NCBI RefSeq assembly: GCF_008065095.1
Contig: NZ_CP042911.1
Coordinates: 1,320,001 to 1,352,000 of the forward strand
DNA from: Gemmata obscuriglobus
GTDB taxonomy: Bacteria; Planctomycetota; Planctomycetia; Gemmatales; Gemmataceae
DNA length: 32,000 bases
Direction: 5' to 3'
A program made the translations under genes and the position numbers. The notes below the pieces were generated by a model. It made no database searches and had not been told where the DNA came from. It was given only the letters and a program-made list of their open reading frames with translations. How positions within the stretch are numbered: position 1 is the stretch's first letter; the number at the start of each line of letters is the position of its first letter. This document shows, in pieces, positions 25,329 to 31,966 of this stretch.

Positions 25329-25419
25329 GCCGAACGAACAGCTCACCTGCACCGCCATCACCGGATGAGCGGTGCGTCACAAGTCAGCGGGCGGTGTCAG
25401 GTGCAGCGCCGGGTTCGGC
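25329..25419 (-). repeat. attC-like repeat 12
   Basis: 91 nt, loop type a. Confidence 0.8.
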
Positions 25420-25753
25420 TCGCTCACATCCGCGCCGCGCATCCGCGGATGCCCGCCCACCGGTGCGACCGGGCGGAGCACCACCGAACCACGGCGCCGT
25501 GTCCCGACACATCGGGGGCCACCCACCACCGCCACACGCGGCGATGAGCCGCGCCCGCGACCGATCGGTCTCAGCGGAGCACCACCGACCCGCACCACCG
25601 TGTCCCCATCCGCACCCGGCCACAACCACCGCAAGCTCGCGGCGACGAGCCGCGCCAGCCCCAACCGGCACCACGCGAAGCCCGACGCGCGCGGTTCACC
25701 ACCGCGGACCACACGCACACCGCCGCACGCGCGCCCTCATGCACGCGATGGTT
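25420..25753. repeat. Low-complexity ORF-less cassette, copy D
   Basis: 334 bp. Unit starts at 25473, 25574 and 25675 (101-nt period, not a multiple of 3). Confidence 0.7.
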
Positions 25754-25844
25754 GCCGAACATAAAGCTCACCTGCACCGCCATCACCCGATGAGCGGTGC
25801 GTCACAAACGAGCGGGCGGTGTCAGGTGCAGCGCCAGGTTCGGC
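25754..25844 (-). repeat. attC-like repeat 13
   Basis: 91 nt, loop type a. Confidence 0.8.
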
Positions 25845-25845
25845 A

Positions 25846-26091
25846 CTACAGCGTCTCGATCCAGTTGGCGCGGCCTGTGGTGGTGCTCACGCACACGGGC
25901 CAAGTGCCCGGCGTGTCGAACGCGATGGTGCCGTCGCCCAGGTCGAGCGGTTCGGGCACCAGATGCACCACCCAGGTCTGCCCGCCGTCCCGCGACAGCA
26001 CGTCGCCGACCCGCTCGACCTTCTGGTACGGACTCGGCGGGTCGTCCGAGGCCAACCTCAGTGCCATCGCAACGGCTTCGTCACGGCCCAT
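25846..26091 (-). CDS. Cassette ORF, hypothetical (81 aa)
   Basis: ATG 26091 after AGAGGG. TAG lies 1 nt before repeat 13. Confidence 0.55.
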   Translation of the reverse strand: MGRDEAVAMALRLASDDPPSPYQKVERVGDVLSRDGGQTWVVHLVPEPLDLGDGTIAFDTPGTWPVCVSTTTGRANWIETL

Positions 26092-26109
26092 CCGCTACGC
26101 CCTCTGGTG

Positions 26110-26263
26110 GCCGAACTTCGGAGCTCAGGCGCGCGCGGCTGGATAAAGCTGCGCTCCCGAGCCGCGACCGCGCGTCGCCTGCAGCGTCTGGTTCGGCGGC
26201 GCATCACACTTCGCAGGCTTTGCGAGGATGTGACGCACCCCGCGCCTGAGCTACGAGGTTCGG
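26110..26263 (-). repeat. attC-like repeat 14, sequence-unrelated 'twin-arm' variant (154 nt)
   Basis: The left arm GCCGAAC-TTCGG-AGCTCAGGCGCGCGCGG pairs either with the inner arm CCGCGaCCGCGCGtCGCCTGcAGC-GTCTG-GTTCGGC (ends 26197, bulged) or perfectly with the outer arm CGCGCCTGAGCT-ACGAG-GTTCGGC (ends 26263). Confidence 0.65.
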
Positions 26264-26407
26264 CCTGGTCGCGCCGAGCCCCGAGTTCGCGGGACCACCA
26301 CCCCGGGCCGGGTTCCGGGGCGGCGCCGTCGCGCTTGGGAGGGGGGCGACGGGTCCCCACACTGTGCCGCACCGGAACCCGCGGTTGCAGAGAACCGGCG
26401 CGACCAG
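26264..26407 (-). other. ORF-less mini-cassette (144 bp) with terminal 12-bp inverted repeat
   Basis: CTGGTCGCGCCG (26264-26275) pairs with CGGCGCGACCAG (26397-26408). No credible ORF or SD. Confidence 0.5.
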
Positions 26408-26498
26408 ACCGAACGAACAGCTCACCTGCACCGCCATCACCGGATGAGCGGTGCGTCACAAGTCAGCGGGCGGTGTCAGGTGCAGCGCCGGGTTCGGC
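26408..26498 (-). repeat. attC-like repeat 15
   Basis: 91 nt, loop type a. The left R box is ACCGAAC. Confidence 0.75.
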
Positions 26499-26506
26499 CT
26501 CGCCAC

Positions 26507-26857
26507 CTACACCCGGAAGAGGCGAGCCGCGATGGCCGCAACCGCGCCGACCTGCTCCGTGGGTACGAAGATAGTGAACCGCGTAGTGCGATATCTCCGC
26601 CCGCGGAACTCAGCGAAGTATCGCACCCCAATACGGGCCATCTCTTGGTCGAACAGGTAGATGTTGTGCTCTGCGGTCTCGCGGAACACGCCTGCGTACT
26701 CGACAGCCCCAACCGGCTGGGGCAACTCAGCGACCGACCCGACCATGTGTTGCGCGCGGCGCTGCCACGCGCCCACCGGCCTCTTCTTGCGGGCTCCGCC
26801 GGGGCGGCCGGGCCAACGTCGGGCGCCCTTACCGCGACTTCGTGGCGAACGGCACAT
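26507..26857 (-). CDS. Cassette ORF, hypothetical (116 aa)
   Basis: ATG 26857 after AGAGG. The Arg-rich N-terminus is doubtful. The C-terminal half (VEYAGVFRETAEHNIYLFDQEMARIGVRYFAEF...) looks protein-like. Confidence 0.5.
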   Translation of the reverse strand: MCRSPRSRGKGARRWPGRPGGARKKRPVGAWQRRAQHMVGSVAELPQPVGAVEYAGVFRETAEHNIYLFDQEMARIGVRYFAEFRGRRYRTTRFTIFVPTEQVGAVAAIAARLFRV

Positions 26858-26877
26858 CTGAAGTCTGCGCCTCTGTA

Positions 26878-26990
26878 GCCGAACATACAGCTCACCTGCC
26901 CGGCCGGGATCGCAACCAGCCTACACGAAGGCGCGGTGAGCGACACGAAACAAATCACGTGGCCGGGTCAGGTGCAGCGCCGGGTTCGGC
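26878..26990 (-). repeat. attC-like repeat 16 (113 nt, divergent L box)
   Basis: CACCTGCCCGGCCGGG ... GGCCGGGtCAGGTG. Compensatory change relative to the modal CACCGCC/GGCGGTG. Confidence 0.75.
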
Positions 26991-27383
26991 CGCGGTCTGC
27001 CCGCAAATGGGGCAATACATGCGCCCGCCCCGACCCTCCGAAACGCGCATGTTCACAAGCCATCTGTGGTAACAGCAACCCAAGGCCTTTGCCGCTGTGG
27101 TGTGGGCCGAGCCCCCGACATCGGACGTGTCGCGAATCTCGGACAAGGCCTTCCGGAGCCGCACCAACTCGTCCTCCATCCGGCACAGGTGCTCGATCAG
27201 GTTCACCGTCCAACGGGACTCGTACTCGCCCGGGACGTGCACGTCGAATGTACGGGGATTGGCCGCGGTCGCCACCTCCACCCACGATGACGTGTCGAAG
27301 CAGATGCTCCAACTGCCCTTGGAGTAGTCGGCTTGTTGGCCGCCCTCCGTCCAACCTCGGGCTTTCAGTTCATCGGCGAACAT
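26955..27383 (-). CDS. Cassette ORF, hypothetical (142 aa), stop supplied by the attC-like repeat
   Basis: ATG 27383. ...CCYHRW...MYCPICGQTA then an in-frame AEPGAAPDPAT* tail from repeat 16. Confidence 0.6.
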   Translation of the reverse strand: MFADELKARGWTEGGQQADYSKGSWSICFDTSSWVEVATAANPRTFDVHVPGEYESRWTVNLIEHLCRMEDELVRLRKALSEIRDTSDVGGSAHTTAAKALGCCYHRWLVNMRVSEGRGGRMYCPICGQTAAEPGAAPDPAT

Positions 27384-27422
27384 CGGCTACTAGCGCCCAC
27401 CTGAGGCGCTCTCCGCGGGGTG

Positions 27423-27513
27423 GCCGAACAAATAGCTCACCTGCACCGCCATCACCGGATAAGCGGTGCGTCCCAAGTCAGACGGCGGTGTCAGGTGCAG
27501 CGCCGGGTTCGGC
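27423..27513 (-). repeat. attC-like repeat 17
   Basis: 91 nt, loop type a. Confidence 0.8.
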
Positions 27514-27930
27514 GTCTGTGAGCCACCGCACTGCGAAGTGGTCGTAGTGCAGGGCCGCGAACCGCTCGCGGAGTTGGGCCGCGAGCCACCAGAACTTGGC
27601 CCGGCGGTCGGCGGTCAGACCCGGGTCGGACCACACAGATAGCCGGCGGGAGCACCCGGCGACCACCTCCGGCGGGGCCGGTAGGTCAGGGCCGGCGGCC
27701 AGTTCTGCGCTGTCGGCCAACACCTCCGCTCCCTCCTCCAACCACGCCACCACGGCCCAGGAGGTGAACCGCACCCGGAAACCGGTTGGGCTACGGGCTT
27801 CGGGTGCTAACTCGGCCTGGACCGACCGCCGACCGCACTGTCGGCCATCGAAGTACGCGACAGCCGCAGCCAGAGAGAAGTCACTCGACGCCGGCAAGTG
27901 CGCCAACATCTTCAGACGACCGTTGCTCAT
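27478..27930 (-). CDS. Cassette ORF, hypothetical (150 aa), stop supplied by the attC-like repeat
   Basis: ATG 27930 after AGAGGG. Ends ...AVRWLTD + AEPGAAPDTAV*. Confidence 0.6.
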   Translation of the reverse strand: MSNGRLKMLAHLPASSDFSLAAAVAYFDGRQCGRRSVQAELAPEARSPTGFRVRFTSWAVVAWLEEGAEVLADSAELAAGPDLPAPPEVVAGCSRRLSVWSDPGLTADRRAKFWWLAAQLRERFAALHYDHFAVRWLTDAEPGAAPDTAV

Positions 27931-27945
27931 CCGCGGCCCTCTGGT

Positions 27946-28035
27946 GCCGAACAAATAGCTCACCGGCCGCGCACGCCGCGACACGGTCTACCGAGTGCGT
28001 AGTTTACAGCGGTCCGGTGCAGCGCCGGGTTCGGC
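27946..28035 (-). repeat. attC-like repeat 18 (CACCGGCCGC subtype)
   Basis: 90 nt. AGCTCACCGGCCGC ... GCGGtCCGGTGCAGCGCCGGGTTCGGC. Confidence 0.75.
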
Positions 28036-28041
28036 GGGCCT

Positions 28042-28482
28042 TTACTCGGCAGGCGGCTCCCGCCCGGCCGCGACCTCGTCGATAGTGGCGTTGACCCGCC
28101 ACGCTGCGTCCAAGTCGCAAGCTCGGAGCTGCGGCGGCACATGCCCCCGGCCGCGGATCCGGGCGACGAGCGCGTCGGGCAACCGCAGCCCGTGCCGCTC
28201 GACGTAGTGCGCCAGCGTGTGCGGCCAGAGCCACTCCCCATCCCACCGCCAGGTCGCATTGTCGGTCAGCGACTCGCCGCACAGCGAACATGGGCAGTAG
28301 CTCGGCTGCGTGGACCAGCACACCGGCGTCTGCCGCAGGTACTCCAGCAGTTCCGCTCGGTCCGCCACCTGCCAGGACGCATCGAGGAGACGACCGAGGG
28401 ACGGGAACACATCGTCCTGCGTGGACTCCCAGCAGAAGAAGCCGAACCATCGGTGGGGCCAGTCCCGCCACAGGTCTGCCAC
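28042..28482 (-). CDS. Cassette ORF, hypothetical Cys-containing protein (146 aa)
   Basis: GTG 28482 is 9 nt after AGAGGG. CPCSLCGESL...WDGEWLWPHTLAHYVERHGLRLPDALV. Confidence 0.6.
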   Translation of the reverse strand: MADLWRDWPHRWFGFFCWESTQDDVFPSLGRLLDASWQVADRAELLEYLRQTPVCWSTQPSYCPCSLCGESLTDNATWRWDGEWLWPHTLAHYVERHGLRLPDALVARIRGRGHVPPQLRACDLDAAWRVNATIDEVAAGREPPAE

Positions 28483-28499
28483 CGCCTAAGCCCTCTCTT

Positions 28500-28589
28500 G
28501 CCGAACAATAAGCTCACCGGCCGCGCACGCCGCGACACGGTCACCGAAGTACGCACTTTACAGCGGTCCGGTGCAGCGCCCGGTTCGGC
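28500..28589 (-). repeat. attC-like repeat 19 (CACCGGCCGC subtype)
   Basis: 90 nt, close relative of repeat 18. Confidence 0.75.
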
Positions 28590-28923
28590 TTCTGCGCTGG
28601 CATTTGCGGTTCCGCGGAGCCCGCGCCCGCGTCGCACATCCGCGGAGCCACCACCGATCCGCACCACCGTGCCGCGGCACACCGGGGGCCACCCAACACC
28701 GCACCTCGCGGCGGTGAGCCGCGCCAACCCCGACCGGCACCACGCGGAGCACCACCGACTCGCACCACCGTGTCCCAAGGCACTGCCAGCCACGCCCACC
28801 CGCACCTCGCGGCGGTGAGCCGCGCCCGCACCCACGGGCACCATGCGAAGCCCGACACCCGGGGTTCACTTACGCGGACCACGCGCCCACCACCACCGCA
28901 CGCGCGATCCAGCAGCGTCGGGT
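28590..28923. repeat. Low-complexity ORF-less cassette, copy E
   Basis: 334 bp. Shares the TTCTGCGCTGGCAT.TGCGGTTCCGCGGAGCCCGCGC leader with copy F. Confidence 0.7.
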
Positions 28924-29076
28924 GCCGAACCAGGAGCTGAGCTGCAAGCCGCCCCTCTCAGGACGGTCTCCCCTTGCTCCCGCAGCGGCTTGTCAGCTCC
29001 AGCGGGGGGTTCGGCCGACGGCCGCCTCCTTCCGCCAGAGGATGAGTGAGCGTTGCAGCTCAGCTCCGGGTTCGGC
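28924..29076 (-). repeat. attC-like repeat 20, second sequence-unrelated 'twin-arm' variant (153 nt)
   Basis: The left arm GCCGAAC-CAGGA-GCTGAGCTGCAAGCCGC pairs with the inner arm GCGGCTTGtCAGCTcCAGC-GGGGG-GTTCGGC (ends 29015) or with the outer arm TTGCAGCTCAGCT-CCGG-GTTCGGC (ends 29076, no bulges). Confidence 0.65.
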
Positions 29077-29249
29077 CGCCGCCGGATGAGCTCAGCCCAC
29101 CGGGGACATCGCACGGCGGGAGATCACCATGCGACCTCAGGCCGCTCGGATCGGCGGGCCCTCGCCGGTCGCCTTCACCGAGGTGGAGGTGGCGACAACC
29201 TTACGACCGCCCGCCGATCCGCGGCGCGTGCAACCACCTCACGGCGGCG
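29077..29249 (-). other. ORF-less mini-cassette (173 bp) with nested hairpins
   Basis: CGGATCGGCGGG (29147-29158) pairs with CCCGCCGATCCG (29210-29221), enclosing GTCGCC..GGCGAC. Only ORFs of 13 codons or fewer on the minus strand. Confidence 0.5.
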
Positions 29250-29340
29250 GCCGAACATAAAGCTCACCTGCACCGCCCTCACCGGATGAGCGGTGCGTCC
29301 CGAATCAGCCGGCGGTGTCAGGTGCAGCGCCGGGTTCGGC
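29250..29340 (-). repeat. attC-like repeat 21
   Basis: 91 nt, loop type a. Confidence 0.8.
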
Positions 29341-29748
29341 GTTTGGGGATAACCCGGCGGCCAGGAACGCGGGGAACGAAGGGGCCATCTCGTGGATGCC
29401 GCCAAAGTCGTGATCCTCGACCAGCACTCGCCCGGACGAGAGCTCGATGCCGAACGGGTTGCCGCCGCCATCCCAACCGATGATGAACACTCCTCGCATG
29501 TGCCAGAACTCGTTGTCCGCTCGGAACTGGCGGTGCGAATCGGCCAACTCGGGCAGCCCGTCGATCCACTCGCCGTCACCGCCCACGCGCCCGCCGCACA
29601 CCGTCAGGTACTCGCGGAACGCTGGCGGGATCGTCCCGAACTCGACCTCGAACGCCCGCAGGTCGCCCTCGGCGGCCGGCGGGTGGCGTTCCTCCTCAGG
29701 GCAGGCGTGCCACGCCGCGACAAGGAGTTGCCGCAGTCGCTCGTTCAC
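29305..29748 (-). CDS. Cassette ORF: SMI1/KNR4 (SUKH-1) family immunity-type protein
   Basis: Likely GTG 29748, 7 nt after AGAGGG (the track uses TTG 29754). LRAFEVEFGTIPPAFREYLTVCGG ... FIIGWDGGGNPFGIELSSGRVLVEDHDFG. Ends ...SPN + AEPGAAPDTAG* inside repeat 21. Confidence 0.75.
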   Translation of the reverse strand: MNERLRQLLVAAWHACPEEERHPPAAEGDLRAFEVEFGTIPPAFREYLTVCGGRVGGDGEWIDGLPELADSHRQFRADNEFWHMRGVFIIGWDGGGNPFGIELSSGRVLVEDHDFGGIHEMAPSFPAFLAAGLSPNAEPGAAPDTAG

Positions 29749-29764
29749 ATGCAAGCCCTCTGTG

Positions 29765-29854
29765 GCCGAACATAAAGCTCACCTGCACCGCCATCATCGG
29801 ACAAGCGATCGTTCCAGATCAGCGGGCGGTGTCAGGTGCAGCGCCGGGTTCGGC
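29765..29854 (-). repeat. attC-like repeat 22
   Basis: 90 nt, loop type a variant. Confidence 0.8.
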
Positions 29855-30235
29855 GTCTTCGCTATCCGTCCAAGGAAAGCTGCCGATGAACATGGGGTCG
29901 GCAGCAATGGGGACGTACACCCGCGATGGATCGTATGCGTAGTTGTACTGTGCAACGGCCCAGAATGCGGTGCGGATTCCCCTCGCTTCGGCGGCGCGAA
30001 TTGCCGCGGCGAGAAATGATCGCGAGTAGGATAGTTGCCGTAGTACCTCCACGGCCGGCGCCTCCTCGAACTCTCCAACCGCAACAACGTCTTGGAAGTC
30101 CCGATCGTAGGCTTGCACCCCACATAAGTCGCGGAGAATGTCATCCTCGCTGTCGCGCCGTGGTCGGGTCAAGCCGATCCAAACGGAGACCACGCCATCT
30201 TTGTCGAAGTAGTCGCTCCGCTCCACACACGTCAC
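29819..30235 (-). CDS. Cassette ORF: Imm22-like polymorphic-toxin immunity-type protein
   Basis: GTG 30235 or 30226. GVVSVWIGLTRPRRDSEDDILRDLCGVQAYDRDFQD...LRQLSYSRSF...WAVAQYNYAYDP matches my memory of the Immunity-22 pattern. Ends ...SED + AEPGAAPDTAR* inside repeat 22. Confidence 0.6.
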   Translation of the reverse strand: MTCVERSDYFDKDGVVSVWIGLTRPRRDSEDDILRDLCGVQAYDRDFQDVVAVGEFEEAPAVEVLRQLSYSRSFLAAAIRAAEARGIRTAFWAVAQYNYAYDPSRVYVPIAADPMFIGSFPWTDSEDAEPGAAPDTAR

Positions 30236-30242
30236 TCCGCTC

Positions 30243-30333
30243 GCCGAACGAACAGCTCACCTGCACCGCCATCACCGGATGAGCGGTGCGTCCCGAATCA
30301 GCGGGCGGTGTCAGGTGCAGCGCCGGGTTCGGC
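30243..30333 (-). repeat. attC-like repeat 23
   Basis: 91 nt, loop type a. Confidence 0.8.
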
Positions 30334-30341
30334 GCCTGCGG

Positions 30342-30680
30342 CTAGAAAGGCAGGTCATCCGGTCCAGGCGGGGGCGTGACCTCGGCCGCCGGCTCGGACG
30401 GCCCCGGCCCGAGTACCCGCACCGTCACCTCGTCTCCGGGGGCGAGCGGTGCGTGGGTCCACCGCATCTCCCCAGCCGCGTCGTCATGGGCGAACACGGC
30501 CAGCACCAGCGACTCGCCCCCGTTGTCACCATCGTAGTCAGTGACCGGACGCAGCAGGCGCAATGGGGCGAGCCGGCAGTACTGCACTTGGGCGTTCAGG
30601 CAGCCGTCGCCGGCCTGCCCGGCGAGGCACACCCGCCGACCGTTGACCAGCACCTCGAACCGCACCACCGCCTCCGCCAC
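30342..30680 (-). CDS. Cassette ORF, hypothetical (112 aa)
   Basis: GTG 30680 is 8 nt after AGAGGG. It has its own stop 8 nt before repeat 23. Confidence 0.55.
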   Translation of the reverse strand: MAEAVVRFEVLVNGRRVCLAGQAGDGCLNAQVQYCRLAPLRLLRPVTDYDGDNGGESLVLAVFAHDDAAGEMRWTHAPLAPGDEVTVRVLGPGPSEPAAEVTPPPGPDDLPF

Positions 30681-30697
30681 ACCGGTGCCCTCTGCGT

Positions 30698-30787
30698 GCC
30701 GAACGAACAGCTCACCTGCACCGCCAGGATGAAGTGAGCATCACAACTGCGGCCGATGGCGGTGTCAGGTGCAGCGCCGGGTTCGGC
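30698..30787 (-). repeat. attC-like repeat 24
   Basis: 90 nt, loop type b. Confidence 0.8.
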
Positions 30788-31122
30788 TTCTGCGCTGGCA
30801 TGTGCGGTTCCGCGGAGCCCGCGCTTGCACCGCGCATCCGCGGAGCCACCACCGACCCGCACCACCATGCCGCGGCACACCGGGGGCCACCCACCACGGC
30901 ACCGCGCGGCGATGAGCCGCGCCGCCCACCGACCGGTATCGGCGGAGCACCACCGATTCGACGCGCCGTGTCCCCACGCGCCTCCGCCCACGCCCAACCG
31001 CACCTCGCGGCGATGAGCCGCGCCAGACACGACCGGCACCACGCGGAGCACCACACGCGAGGTTCACCCATGCGGACCACACGCTCAGCGCCGCCGCACG
31101 CGCGCTCCAGAACGCGAGGGTG
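30788..31122. repeat. Low-complexity ORF-less cassette, copy F
   Basis: 335 bp, closest to copy E. Confidence 0.7.
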
Positions 31123-31213
31123 GCCGAACAAATAGCTCACCTGCACCGCCATCATCGGATGAGCGGCGGGGTCCGAATCACATGGCGGTGTCAGGTGCAG
31201 CGCCGGGTTCGGC
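31123..31213 (-). repeat. attC-like repeat 25
   Basis: 91 nt, loop type a variant. Confidence 0.8.
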
Positions 31214-31480
31214 TTCTTGCGGCGCCTCTGCCAGACCGCGCATCTGGTATCGACGAGGCCCCTCGACGGTGACCGCGGCCCCGCCTTCGCAGATGACATG
31301 CGTGCCGTAGGCCGACTCGACAACCGTCAGCGACGGCACCGCGTCCAACCCGACAGCGGTAACGACGCACTCCTCGCCGGGTCGAAGGGCGACGCTGAAG
31401 TCGCTTGGGACGACCTCCACTAACCGGTCGGCCCCGCTGTCAGCGTCGTTGCACACACACAGGCGAACGACGAGGCTCAT
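31178..31480 (-). CDS. Cassette ORF, hypothetical (100 aa), stop supplied by the attC-like repeat
   Basis: ATG 31480 after AGAGGG. MSLVVRLCVCNDADSGADRLVEVV... Ends ...APQE + AEPGAAPDTAM*. Confidence 0.6.
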   Translation of the reverse strand: MSLVVRLCVCNDADSGADRLVEVVPSDFSVALRPGEECVVTAVGLDAVPSLTVVESAYGTHVICEGGAAVTVEGPRRYQMRGLAEAPQEAEPGAAPDTAM

Positions 31481-31498
31481 CCGATGCGTCCCTCTGGT

Positions 31499-31589
31499 GC
31501 CGAACAATGAGCTCACCTGCACCGCCACCTCCAAGGGAGCGGTGCGTCCCACGTCAGATGGCGGTGTCAGGTGCAGCGCCGGGTTCGGC
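31499..31589 (-). repeat. attC-like repeat 26
   Basis: 91 nt, standard boxes, variant loop. Confidence 0.8.
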
Positions 31590-31596
31590 GCCTGGG

Positions 31597-31950
31597 CTAC
31601 TTCCCTGGGGCAACGATGTCGAGTACCCGCTGGACCGGAACCCCGAGTTGCCGCGCCCGGCTGAGGGCGAACGGCACGACGTAGTACGCGGAATCGGAGT
31701 CGAACGGGTCCACGGCCGCCGTCTCGTTGTACAGGGTCTTGAGGCAGATCTCCTCGAAGGCGTACTGCCCCTGCCGCAACCGGTCCGAGGTGCCGAGCCA
31801 GCGGCGTCGCACCTCGTCGAATAGGCGGTGGGCGGCCGGCCACTGCTTGGGGTCGGCCGCGAGCGCCACCACCCGTGCGGCGGACTCGGGATCGGGAGCG
31901 TGCGGCGCGAACAGCCGCAGGAACGCCACGATGTCTTCCGCCATCCCCAC
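31597..31950 (-). CDS. Cassette ORF, hypothetical (~115 aa)
   Basis: GTG 31950 or ATG 31944 after AAGGAGGG. It has its own stop 7 nt before repeat 26. Confidence 0.6.
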   Translation of the reverse strand: MGMAEDIVAFLRLFAPHAPDPESAARVVALAADPKQWPAAHRLFDEVRRRWLGTSDRLRQGQYAFEEICLKTLYNETAAVDPFDSDSAYYVVPFALSRARQLGVPVQRVLDIVAPGK

Positions 31951-31966
31951 CCCGAAGCCCTCCTTA

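Noticed and set aside
28441-28447. GCCGAAC inside the coding region of cassette ORF 28042-28482
   Set aside because: It is a single heptamer without any of the other attC-like features, so it is a chance occurrence.
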